A DNA stretch of 60,159 nt, filler included. It is 6 parts of 6 records of this genome, joined end to end, with 100 filler letters (N's around TTAATTAATTAA, not from the genome) between each part and the next. Parts side by side here need not be neighbours in the genome. Positions count along the whole stretch, not along the records: positions 1 to 21,206 come from SRR31156797_36725; 5 more parts are not named here. The stretch is one strand, 5' to 3'. The position numbers and the translations under genes are program-made. Each line of letters starts with the position of its first letter. Position 1 is the first letter of the stretch. Below are positions 11,805 through 20,508 of this stretch, piece after piece. The notes under the pieces are model-generated. The model had not been told where the DNA came from, made no database searches, and worked only from the letters and a program-made list of their open reading frames with translations.

Positions 11805-11832
11805 CCCTGACCGTTCCGGTTGGGGTTTTTTT
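11805..11832 (+). terminator. Intrinsic terminator in the riboswitch expression platform
   Basis: CCCTGACCG-TTC-CGGTTGGGG 9-bp stem (two G-U pairs) followed by T7. Confidence 0.8.
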
Positions 11833-11864
11833 GTGTTCTGCAGCTTGAGACGTGGGGAAATGTG

Positions 11865-13064
11865 ATGCCGAAGAACAATCCGGACACAGAAAATTGGCGT
11901 TCCGCAACCCGCCAAGTTCGCGGTGGCCTTGAACGATCCCAGTTCAATGAAACCAGCGAAGGCCTATTCATGACGTCGGGCTACGTCTACGAAACGGCCG
12001 AAGAGGCCGAACAGGCGTTCAAAGGCGAACGGCAGCGATACATCTATTCGCGCTACGCCAATCCGACCCTGTCGGTTTTTGAACAACGTTTGGCCCTGGT
12101 CGAAGGCGCCAGACATTGCCGTGCAACCGCAAGCGGAATGGCCGCCGTCTTCGCCGCACTGATCAGTCCATTGCGGGCAGGCGATCGTATCGTCGCGGCG
12201 CGGGCCCTTTTCGGCTCGTGTCATTTCATCGTGTCCGAACTATTGCCGAAATACGGCATCGAATACGAATTCGTCGACGGCACGGATCTCGGTCAATGGG
12301 AACAGGCGCTTTCAAAGCCCGCAAACTGCGTTTTTCTTGAAACGCCGTCGAACCCGACGCTCGAAATCATTGATCTTTCGGCTGTTTCAAAACTCGCCCA
12401 CGGGGCGGGCGCCCGCGTCGTCATCGACAATGTTTTCGCCACGCCGATCCTTCAGAACCCTCTCAAACTGGGCGCCGACGTCGTCGTTTACTCGACGACC
12501 AAACACATCGACGGGCAGGGCCGAAGCCTCGGCGGCGCGATTCTGACCAATGACGATGCCTTTATCGACGATATGCTCACGCCCTTTCTTCGCCATACCG
12601 GCCCGGCGCTCAGCCCCTTCAACGCGTGGCTTCTGGTCAAGGGTCTGGAAACCCTGGATCTGCGGGTACGCCGCCAATGCGAGAACGCGGCCGGCATCGC
12701 CGATACGTTGGCCGACCTACCTGGAATCGCCCGCGTATTGTACCCGGGCCGCGCGGATCATCCGCAACATGCGCTTGCCAACAGCCAAATGGCCGGCGGC
12801 GGGACGTTGGTCGCCTTTGAGGTCGAAGGCGGACGGAACGAAGCCTTCAAATTCCTCAATGCCTTGTCGCTTATCGACATTTCCAACAATCTGGGCGATG
12901 CCAAGAGCCTGATCACACACCCGGCCTCGACGACGCATGAGCGAGTCGGTCCCGAGGAGCGGTCGCGCATGGGCATTGGTGACGGCTTGCTCAGGCTTTC
13001 GGTCGGGTTGGAAGACGTTGCCGACTTGCAGGAAGATCTCGCCCGCGCCGTAAAAGCCATGTAA
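11865..13064 (+). CDS. metZ: O-succinylhomoserine sulfhydrylase
   Basis: ETSEGLFMTSGY, YSRYANPT, YSTTKHIDGQGR, SNNLGDAKSLITHP. Confidence 0.95.
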   Translation: MPKNNPDTENWRSATRQVRGGLERSQFNETSEGLFMTSGYVYETAEEAEQAFKGERQRYIYSRYANPTLSVFEQRLALVEGARHCRATASGMAAVFAALISPLRAGDRIVAARALFGSCHFIVSELLPKYGIEYEFVDGTDLGQWEQALSKPANCVFLETPSNPTLEIIDLSAVSKLAHGAGARVVIDNVFATPILQNPLKLGADVVVYSTTKHIDGQGRSLGGAILTNDDAFIDDMLTPFLRHTGPALSPFNAWLLVKGLETLDLRVRRQCENAAGIADTLADLPGIARVLYPGRADHPQHALANSQMAGGGTLVAFEVEGGRNEAFKFLNALSLIDISNNLGDAKSLITHPASTTHERVGPEERSRMGIGDGLLRLSVGLEDVADLQEDLARAVKAM

Positions 13065-13164
13065 CGCGGTTGCACAATGGCGGCACAATCCATATTCAAA
13101 GAGGGTGGGAGTAACCGCCTTCTCATTGTCAGCAAATCAATGCAACAAATCGGTGTCGAACAAC

Positions 13165-14508
13165 ATGGATAGCCAGCAGGACCATCTCGATCGCCTGAAT
13201 AGTCTGATTGCGCAGGCACAGACCGCAGGGGCCGACGCGGCGGACGCAATCCTGATTTCCAGTACGTCCCTGTCTGTCGCACGCAGGCTCGGCAATCCGG
13301 AACACCTGGAACGCTCCGAAAGCAGCGATGTCGGTCTGCGGGTCTTCGTCGGGAAAAAACAGGCCATCGTTTCGTCATCGGACTTGTCCGACGACGGCCT
13401 GGCGGAGCTTCCGGATCGTGCCGTCGCCATGGCCCGGGCAGTGCCGGACGATCCATTCTGCGGACTGGCGGATCCCGCCATCCTGGCCGGCGAAATCCCC
13501 GATCTCGATATGTGCGATTCCATCGAGCCCCCGGTTGAAACGCTGATCGACTGGGCGGCTGAAGCCGAGGAAGCCGCCCTCGGTGTGGACGGTGTTTCCA
13601 ATTCCGAAGGCGGCCAGGCGGGCTGGAGCCTGGCAACCATAGCCTTGGCCGCGACCAATGGAATGGCCCACATGTACCGCCGATCGCAGTTCAGCATTTC
13701 GGCTTCCGTCGTGGCGGGGGAAGGCACGGCGATGGAGCGGGACTACGACTATACCGCCGCCGTCCACGCCGCCGACTTGTCCTCGCCTCGTGAAATCGGC
13801 TTGGCCGCCGGTGAAAAAGCCGTCCGGCGGTTGAACCCGCGTCAGGTGGAAACGGCACAGGTTCCGGTTATTTACGACCCGCGTGTTTCCCGCGGCCTTG
13901 CCGGGCATCTAGCCAGTGCCATCAACGGCACGGCGGTTGCCCGCGGGACAACGTTCCTGAAGGACAAACTGGGCAAGACGATATTTCCGGCGACGATTTC
14001 CATCGTCGACGACCCGCTTCGGCGGCGCGGGCTGCGCTCGAAACCGTTTGACGCCGAAGGCGTTGCAACACAAAGGCGCGCGATCATCGAGAACGGCAAG
14101 CTGACGACCTGGATCCTGGATTTGCGCTCGGCCCGTCAGTTGGGTCTCGACACCACGGGACACGCCTCGCGCGGCCCATCGTCGCCCCCAGGCCCGGCTC
14201 CGTCCAACCTTTATATCGAACCCGGATCGATTTCGCCGGAAGCCATGATCGGAGATATCTCATCGGGGTTCTATGTGACCGAACTGATCGGCATGGGCCT
14301 GAATATGGTCACCGGCGATTACAGCCGGGGAGCGGCCGGATTCTGGATCGAAAACGGCGAAATCGCCTTCCCGGTCAGCGAAGTGACGGTCGCCGGCAAT
14401 CTGAACGACATGTTCGCCCATCTTACGGTGGCCGATGACCTGCAGTTCAAATACGGAACCGACGCGCCAACGCTTCGTGTCGACGGCATGACGGTCGCGG
14501 GGAAATAG
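13165..14508 (+). CDS. pmbA: TldE/PmbA family protein
   Basis: MERDYDY, SKPFDAEGV, VTGDYSRGAAGFWIENGE; lacks HExxxH. Confidence 0.94.
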   Translation: MDSQQDHLDRLNSLIAQAQTAGADAADAILISSTSLSVARRLGNPEHLERSESSDVGLRVFVGKKQAIVSSSDLSDDGLAELPDRAVAMARAVPDDPFCGLADPAILAGEIPDLDMCDSIEPPVETLIDWAAEAEEAALGVDGVSNSEGGQAGWSLATIALAATNGMAHMYRRSQFSISASVVAGEGTAMERDYDYTAAVHAADLSSPREIGLAAGEKAVRRLNPRQVETAQVPVIYDPRVSRGLAGHLASAINGTAVARGTTFLKDKLGKTIFPATISIVDDPLRRRGLRSKPFDAEGVATQRRAIIENGKLTTWILDLRSARQLGLDTTGHASRGPSSPPGPAPSNLYIEPGSISPEAMIGDISSGFYVTELIGMGLNMVTGDYSRGAAGFWIENGEIAFPVSEVTVAGNLNDMFAHLTVADDLQFKYGTDAPTLRVDGMTVAGK

Positions 14509-14557
14509 AGACATCCCGATTTCCCCCATCGAAACCGCCCCGGCGACCGCCCTTTTT

Positions 14558-15463
14558 TTACGTCGGCATAACGATACGGAGCGTATGACCGGCCAGAAAC
14601 GCCGTCATCGGTGACTGCCCGAGAATTTCGCCGTCGCCCTGTACCGGTTCGCCGATGATCCCGTCGACGCTCACCCGAACCGCCGGCAGAATGGCCACAT
14701 CCGGCAGCCGGTCCAACCGGCCAAGAACCAGCCAGGCGCAATATCTGAGCGCGCGCAAAGGCCCCGGCTTCAGGAACAGACAGGCGTAAAGAAGCGGATC
14801 CTGTAGACGGGCCAAGGGCGCACAAGTGAATTTCCCGCCATAGAAATGGCCGTTGGCGATAACCGCCGAAGCGGCCGTGTAAGTCCGGTTGTCGACGGTA
14901 ACCTGGTAGGTCCGTGACGAATACGAAAAAAGGCCCCGGATCGACGCCAGCACGAATGCCGCCTTTCCTATCCATCTTTTGATCCGCGAGGAAACGGCCG
15001 CCACCACCTTGGCGTCGAAACCGACACCCACCATCATCACGAACAGGCGCTCGTTGACGACACCGATGTGCACGGGTTTTGCCGTCCCGGTCGCGATCAA
15101 ACGCGCAATATCTTTCGCCCGCTCGGGCAAACCGATCTCGGCAGCAAGCACGTTGGCGGTGCCCATGGGAATGACGGCGAGCGGCATGTCCGAACCATAA
15201 AGCCCGTTCACAACCTCGTTGACGGTGCCGTCGCCGCCGGCAGCGACGACGACATCCCACCCGCTATCGCATGCCTCTTCGGCCAGGGCCCGGGCTTCCC
15301 CTTGCGCCTGGGTCTGGCGCAGGCAGATTTCGCAATCATAGCCCTTCAAAGCATCAAGCACCGCGGCCAGAAATCCCCGGCGGCGGCGGCCGGCGGCCGG
15401 GTTGAAAATGACAAGCGCCCGGCGTCTCGGCCGGGCGCCGGTCTCCGTCTCGTTTTCATCCAT
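14558..15463 (-). CDS. Diacylglycerol kinase family (YegS/DagK) lipid kinase
   Basis: FNPAAG, AAGGDGTVNEV, PMGTANVLA, QGDGE. Confidence 0.92.
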   Translation of the reverse strand: MDENETETGARPRRRALVIFNPAAGRRRRGFLAAVLDALKGYDCEICLRQTQAQGEARALAEEACDSGWDVVVAAGGDGTVNEVVNGLYGSDMPLAVIPMGTANVLAAEIGLPERAKDIARLIATGTAKPVHIGVVNERLFVMMVGVGFDAKVVAAVSSRIKRWIGKAAFVLASIRGLFSYSSRTYQVTVDNRTYTAASAVIANGHFYGGKFTCAPLARLQDPLLYACLFLKPGPLRALRYCAWLVLGRLDRLPDVAILPAVRVSVDGIIGEPVQGDGEILGQSPMTAFLAGHTLRIVMPT

Positions 15464-15480
15464 TCCTTGTTCCTTTAATT

Positions 15481-15498
15481 ATTACCGAAATATTACGG
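15481..15498 (-). promoter_or_regulatory. Pho-box-like tandem repeat
   Basis: Minus strand CCGTAAT-ATTT-CGGTAAT (7-4-7, 11-bp period) resembles CTGTCAT/CTGTAAT; lies between dagK and the plcP-like gene. Confidence 0.45.
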
Positions 15499-15638
15499 AA
15501 TAAATTTCAGATTTGTTTCTAATTCGTGTCGCGGAAATTAAATATATGATGTGCATATGTACAATATATTGTTTCGTCAATACATTTGAAGTCAACAGTT
15601 TGATTGTTCCCGTTCTGTATTTTTGGCGAGGATGCGTC

Positions 15639-16493
15639 GTGAACGCAGTCACATCTCAGAAATTTGGTTTCCGCGCCATCTGGATTTCCGACGTCCATCT
15701 CGGCACGCGCGGATGCAATGCCGCCTTTCTGCTGGATTTCCTCAAAAACACGGAATCCGACTATCTGTATCTGGTCGGCGACATCATCGACGGCTGGCGC
15801 ATGAAGCGAACCTGGTATTGGCGTCAGGAGCACAACGACGTCATCCAGAAGCTTTTGCGCAAGGCCCGCAAGGGCACGCGCGTCATCTACATTCCGGGAA
15901 ACCACGACGAGAGCTTCCGCGATTTTGCCCGTTGCCGTTTCGGCCGCGTGGTCGTCCTCAAAGACGCCATCCACGTGTCGGCCGATGGCCGCCGGTTCCT
16001 TGTTCTTCACGGCGATCAGTTCGATGGCGTCGTCAAATACGCCAAGTGGCTGGCCTTCGTCGGCGACTACGCCTATGCGGCGGCCTTGACCCTGAACACT
16101 TGGTTCAATGTGGCGCGGCGCAAGTTGGGGTTTCGCTATTGGTCCTTGTCGGCCTACCTCAAGAACAAGGTCAAAAACGCGGTCGAATATATCAGCAACT
16201 TCGAAGACGCCGTGGTCGGCGAAGCCCGGCGCCGCCAGGTCGACGGCGTCATCTGCGGCCACATCCACACGGCGGAAATGCGCACCATCGACGGCGTTCT
16301 CTACTGCAATGACGGCGATTGGGTCGAAAGCTGCACGGCCCTGGTCGAACACTATGACGGGCGCTTCGAAATCCTTCGCTGGACCGACGTCCGGGGAACC
16401 GCCCTTATCGGGAAAACGGAATGCGAATACTCATCGTCACCGACGCCTGGTATCCTCAAATCAATGGCGTCGTTCGCACGCTTGACACGTTAA
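15639..16493 (+). CDS. LpxH-like metallophosphoesterase (PlcP-type phospholipase C)
   Basis: ISDVHLG, GDIIDGW, PGNHD, HGDQFD, CGHIH, NDGDWVES; GTG start inferred. Confidence 0.88.
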   Translation: MNAVTSQKFGFRAIWISDVHLGTRGCNAAFLLDFLKNTESDYLYLVGDIIDGWRMKRTWYWRQEHNDVIQKLLRKARKGTRVIYIPGNHDESFRDFARCRFGRVVVLKDAIHVSADGRRFLVLHGDQFDGVVKYAKWLAFVGDYAYAAALTLNTWFNVARRKLGFRYWSLSAYLKNKVKNAVEYISNFEDAVVGEARRRQVDGVICGHIHTAEMRTIDGVLYCNDGDWVESCTALVEHYDGRFEILRWTDVRGTALIGKTECEYSSSPTPGILKSMASFARLTR

Positions 16494-17452
16494 GGCACGA
16501 ACTCACCCGCATCGGGCACGAGATCCATCTCATAACCCCCGAACAATTTCGGACCTTTCCGTGTCCATCCTATCCTGAAATCCGGCTGGCGGTGCGATGC
16601 GCCGCTGGCGTCGCCCGCATGATCGATGCCTTTCAACCGGCAGCCATTCATATTTCCACCGAAGGGCCGCTGGGTCTGGCGGCGCGGCGTCATTGCCTGA
16701 AAATGGGCTACGATTTCACCACCGCCTTCCACACCCGATTCCCCGAATACGTCCAGGCCCGCTGGCGGGTGCCGACGGCTTGGACCTATCGCTGGGTGCG
16801 ATGGTTCCACGATCCGGCCTCCGCGATCATGGTGTCGACCCAGACCATCGAAGACGCGCTGAAGGAACGCGGTTTCGGTCGCATCAAGCGCTGGTCGCGC
16901 GGCGTCGATACTGATCTGTTCCGGCCCCGCGACAAGGACTTCCTCTCGGCCACCTGCCCGATTTTCATGTATGTCGGCCGTGTCGCCGTCGAAAAGAACG
17001 TCGAGGCCTTCCTGTCGCTCGATCTTCCGGGCACCAAATACGTGGTCGGGGACGGCCCGCAGATGGCCGATTTGAAAACGAAATTCCCGGAAACCGTCTT
17101 TACCGGCGCCAAAACCGGCGAAGACCTGGCCCGCCACTACGCCGCCGCCGACGTTTTCGTCTTTCCAAGCCTGACCGATACCTTCGGCCTGGTCATATTG
17201 GAAGCCCTGGCCTGCGGCGTTCCGGTCGCCGCCTATCCGGTCGAAGGCCCGCTCGATGTCATCGGGCAGTCGACCGCCGGCGTCCTCGATGCCGATCTTG
17301 GTTGTGCCGTCCGGGCGGCGCTTGAAATTCCGCCCGAGGTCTGCCGGGCCCATGCCGAATCTTTTTCGTGGGAAGCCTCGGCCCGCCAGTTCCTCGGCAA
17401 CCTGCAGCGTCTCGATCCGCCGGCCGGTGTGCAACGAGCCCGCGCTGCTTGA
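16421..17452 (+). CDS. GT4 glycosyltransferase (Agt-like glycolipid synthase)
   Basis: TDAWYPQINGVVRT, TEGPLG, HTRFPEY, GRVAVEKN, TDTFGLVILEA; overlaps the upstream gene. Confidence 0.9.
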   Translation: MRILIVTDAWYPQINGVVRTLDTLRHELTRIGHEIHLITPEQFRTFPCPSYPEIRLAVRCAAGVARMIDAFQPAAIHISTEGPLGLAARRHCLKMGYDFTTAFHTRFPEYVQARWRVPTAWTYRWVRWFHDPASAIMVSTQTIEDALKERGFGRIKRWSRGVDTDLFRPRDKDFLSATCPIFMYVGRVAVEKNVEAFLSLDLPGTKYVVGDGPQMADLKTKFPETVFTGAKTGEDLARHYAAADVFVFPSLTDTFGLVILEALACGVPVAAYPVEGPLDVIGQSTAGVLDADLGCAVRAALEIPPEVCRAHAESFSWEASARQFLGNLQRLDPPAGVQRARAA

Positions 17453-17472
17453 TCCGATTGTCGCGGAACTCC

Positions 17473-17763
17473 TTAGTCCTCGTCTTTCTCATTGGCGATC
17501 GATCCGTCTTCGGCGTCGTTGACGATCAGCGGCCACAACAGCGCCCCCATCTCGGGACCGAAGGCCTTGGTCAGCAAATAGGCCGCATCCGGTGAGATCG
17601 CCGCGTCCAGGCGTTTCAGTTCCTCGGGCGACAGGTTGCGAAGACCGCCCAGCAGGTGCGGCATCATCGCCGGTCCGTGCGGGTTGGCCATTCGGTTGGC
17701 CTGGGCCGGTTCGCCCGCCCCGGGGTTTTCCGCAAATTCGGCATCGAGTAAAGATTGGCTCAT
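17473..17763 (-). CDS. Hypothetical 96-aa acidic protein
   Basis: ATG overlaps the upstream stop (ATGA, 17760-17763); high-GC codon usage. Confidence 0.65.
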   Translation of the reverse strand: MSQSLLDAEFAENPGAGEPAQANRMANPHGPAMMPHLLGGLRNLSPEELKRLDAAISPDAAYLLTKAFGPEMGALLWPLIVNDAEDGSIANEKDED

Positions 17764-20423
17764 GAACTTGTCTCCTGTTCGTATAGCATCGAATAGTCGG
17801 TCTCGCGCGCGAACCGGCCCAGCAGCCAGCACAACGGCTCACCGACAAATCGCACGATCTTGCCGCGCAGGCTGCCGCGCGGCCGCTTGCCCAGAACATG
17901 CGCCACCTCCTCGGCCCGCCAGCGCGCCAGCGGCGCGACAATAGCTGTCGCCAGCCTGGATCGCCGCATCAGGCGCACCAGCGGCACCGCCCACAGGTGA
18001 TAGCCGCGCAAATGGGCCGGGCTTAGCCGTTCCTCGGCAAAGCGCAGATCGAGGAAATAGAGCTCCGCCTCAAGGCGCCCCTGGCGTACCAGCTCGGTGC
18101 AGATGACGCGGGTATCGGGGCCATTGTCCGACGGGCCTCCGATAAGAAGGTTTTCTCTTCCGCCGCCGGTCGTAACAACGAAACCGGAATAATCGCTTCT
18201 GATGGGCTTCCCATCTGCGTTGGTTACGGGCTGGAGAGAGAGCGGTTCATGAGGAGCTCCCGGAACGAAGCCTTCCGCACCGTAATCGCCACCGCGTCCG
18301 TCGCGTCCTCCTGCCCCGCTCCCTCCGTCGCCGTCTGTGGGGCGGTTTCGCCTGCTGTCTTGATTGGACCGCAAATTCCATTCGCCTTTGCTTTTGGCGG
18401 AATTTTGCGCCGTCCTCACGGCTTCGGCCATCTGGCGTGGAATTTCCCGGGAGTCGAGATCCCGTTTTCCTGCTTTAGCCAGTGTATTGGGTACAAAACC
18501 TTCGGCACCGAAATCCTCAACGCCGAACGCGGCAACGGAGATTTTCCTGTCGTCGGCTAATTTGTTTCGGCGTTCGTCGATTTCCGCCGCTCTTGCCAAC
18601 TCCTGACGATCACGGGCCATTGCTGCTTGTCGTTCGGCTTTATTGGTTCGGGTTTTGGTTGCCGCATCGATATCCCTGGCACGATTTCTGGCTTCCCCTT
18701 GTTTTTCCATTTGGGCGTCGAAAACGGTTGGGTTATTCATAAATCCCGCCAACACCTCTTTTCCGCCCAATGACGCAAGTTGGCGACCTTTTTGCGGATT
18801 TGCCCCCGGTACGCCGAGACCAATCTTCGCACTTCTATTTGGATACCCGGGACCGCCTTGCCACCCTATGCCTGTGATTGAGGTTATCGGATCCGCAAAG
18901 GTATCGAATAGGTTCGACTGTTTTCCGGGCACTGTGTTTGTCTTTTGTTCCTTATACTTTCCAACCGGAGAATTCTTGGATGCGTCCAACGCCTGACTTA
19001 CCTTCGCGGCAGCAAAATTGGTTGCAGCTTCATCGGTCATTCCAGAGTCGCGGGCAGCCGTATAAGCCGCTTCGAATTCGGGAGTTTGAATAGCACGGCC
19101 GCGAACTTCCACCGGTTGTCCATCGAAATCTATGGTGACGAGAGGTGATCCCATCGGGGTCTTAATCGCATTCGCCTCGGCCACCTCGATTGCCCTCGCG
19201 GCGGTAACATCGAGGGCGTCCTCGTGCCAGAGACCAGCACCTATGCCGTCAACATAAGCCTGCTGAGACACCTTCGGATCAATTGGATCGTAACCCATCA
19301 TATGGAGATACGTCCCGATCAAATCGGCAACGGGTGCCGAATAGGGATCCAACATCGAAATCCCCGTTCCCGACCGGAGTGCTGATTTTAAGTTTTCGGC
19401 ATTACCCGTGCTGAATTCTTGAACGATTTTAGCCGCAATTTCTTCGATCGATTTGCCCAACGTGATTTCTGAAAGCGCATAGTCTTTGGCCTTCGTCCAA
19501 TGCTTTTGATCTAGTTTCCTCGGTGTTCGACTGAGTTTTGCGAAGGCTCTCTGAACGGCGATGTTCGCGCGGTCCACTTTCAGCCCGTCACTAGTCAACG
19601 CAAGTGCTGAAGTTCCGCCAAGCGCGCGTCCAACTTGGGTCCAGAACGGCTTCGATGCCTTCTCGTGGCGGATCGAAATCGGCTGCACCTTTTTGTTGAT
19701 AACGTCATCAAAAAAGGACTTCATCAGATGCGTCTCGACGGGCTCCTTTCCGCTAACGATGGGGGCACCCAGAAGAGGTCCCAAATCGGGATCGCCCGGG
19801 GTCCATGTCGTTGCCCGAGGGTAGGTTGCCGTTTCGACCAAAGATGTTCCAAATTTGGAAACCTGTTCATTGGAAATGCGATGTGCATAACCTTCAATAC
19901 GGGACATTACAGAGGGATCAAGTGGGCGATCTAAAACTGATTCCAAAGCCTCCTTGCTGCCCGGACCTTGGATATTTTCAACGGTACACCTGCCAGGAGC
20001 GTTCCGACCCGCTTTTTCGAGGGCCTGATAGCATAACGCCTCAGCAAGCCCCCCTCCGGCACTATGTCCGATCGCCTTTACGTGTGAGCCTTTCTGAATT
20101 TCCGTTGCCATACGGTCGACAACCCGCGCAAATACGGGGCTGTCCATCCATGCCTGCAACAGACCGATATCAGCGACAACGTCCTTTGTCGCCTCTTTGT
20201 AGCCTCGGTCAAATTCCGTCCCCCGAATGTTGATCGTTATCTCGCTTGGATTTCCAATTTTATTTTGTTCGTAAGCGACAAACCCAATCTCCGGGTCCAC
20301 GTGAGGTTTTGGAGAAGTAAATCCGTCCAACCTAGCTTTTGAAGGGTTTTCATATGCTTTGTCCGCGGCTTCGGCCGCGAACTTCAGTTCGTTGTGATCG
20401 ATTTGAGGTTTATTCGATGCCAT
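17760..20423 (-). CDS. 887-aa protein: N-terminal class-3-lipase-like alpha/beta hydrolase, long low-complexity middle, C-terminal 'VICTEL...GYHLWA' domain
   Basis: Long ORF preceded by AGGAG; motifs IRGTE, IGHSAGGGLA, QGPG, ETHL; no signal peptide. Confidence 0.8.
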   Translation of the reverse strand: MASNKPQIDHNELKFAAEAADKAYENPSKARLDGFTSPKPHVDPEIGFVAYEQNKIGNPSEITINIRGTEFDRGYKEATKDVVADIGLLQAWMDSPVFARVVDRMATEIQKGSHVKAIGHSAGGGLAEALCYQALEKAGRNAPGRCTVENIQGPGSKEALESVLDRPLDPSVMSRIEGYAHRISNEQVSKFGTSLVETATYPRATTWTPGDPDLGPLLGAPIVSGKEPVETHLMKSFFDDVINKKVQPISIRHEKASKPFWTQVGRALGGTSALALTSDGLKVDRANIAVQRAFAKLSRTPRKLDQKHWTKAKDYALSEITLGKSIEEIAAKIVQEFSTGNAENLKSALRSGTGISMLDPYSAPVADLIGTYLHMMGYDPIDPKVSQQAYVDGIGAGLWHEDALDVTAARAIEVAEANAIKTPMGSPLVTIDFDGQPVEVRGRAIQTPEFEAAYTAARDSGMTDEAATNFAAAKVSQALDASKNSPVGKYKEQKTNTVPGKQSNLFDTFADPITSITGIGWQGGPGYPNRSAKIGLGVPGANPQKGRQLASLGGKEVLAGFMNNPTVFDAQMEKQGEARNRARDIDAATKTRTNKAERQAAMARDRQELARAAEIDERRNKLADDRKISVAAFGVEDFGAEGFVPNTLAKAGKRDLDSREIPRQMAEAVRTAQNSAKSKGEWNLRSNQDSRRNRPTDGDGGSGAGGRDGRGGDYGAEGFVPGAPHEPLSLQPVTNADGKPIRSDYSGFVVTTGGGRENLLIGGPSDNGPDTRVICTELVRQGRLEAELYFLDLRFAEERLSPAHLRGYHLWAVPLVRLMRRSRLATAIVAPLARWRAEEVAHVLGKRPRGSLRGKIVRFVGEPLCWLLGRFARETDYSMLYEQETSS

Positions 20424-20508
20424 GGTCAGTGGCTCCTACCGGGCGAAGTAATTCCGTACAAGCGACAGCATTTTGACGAGGTCATTCATATCCAAAGCAA
20501 ACTAGTTT

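Noticed and set aside
10147-14508. tldD and pmbA as a peptide natural-product (RiPP) cluster
   Set aside because: Housekeeping context; no precursor peptide or modifying enzymes.
15519-17434. 277-aa and 314-aa minus-strand ORFs
   Set aside because: Antisense to the well-supported phosphoesterase and GT4 genes.
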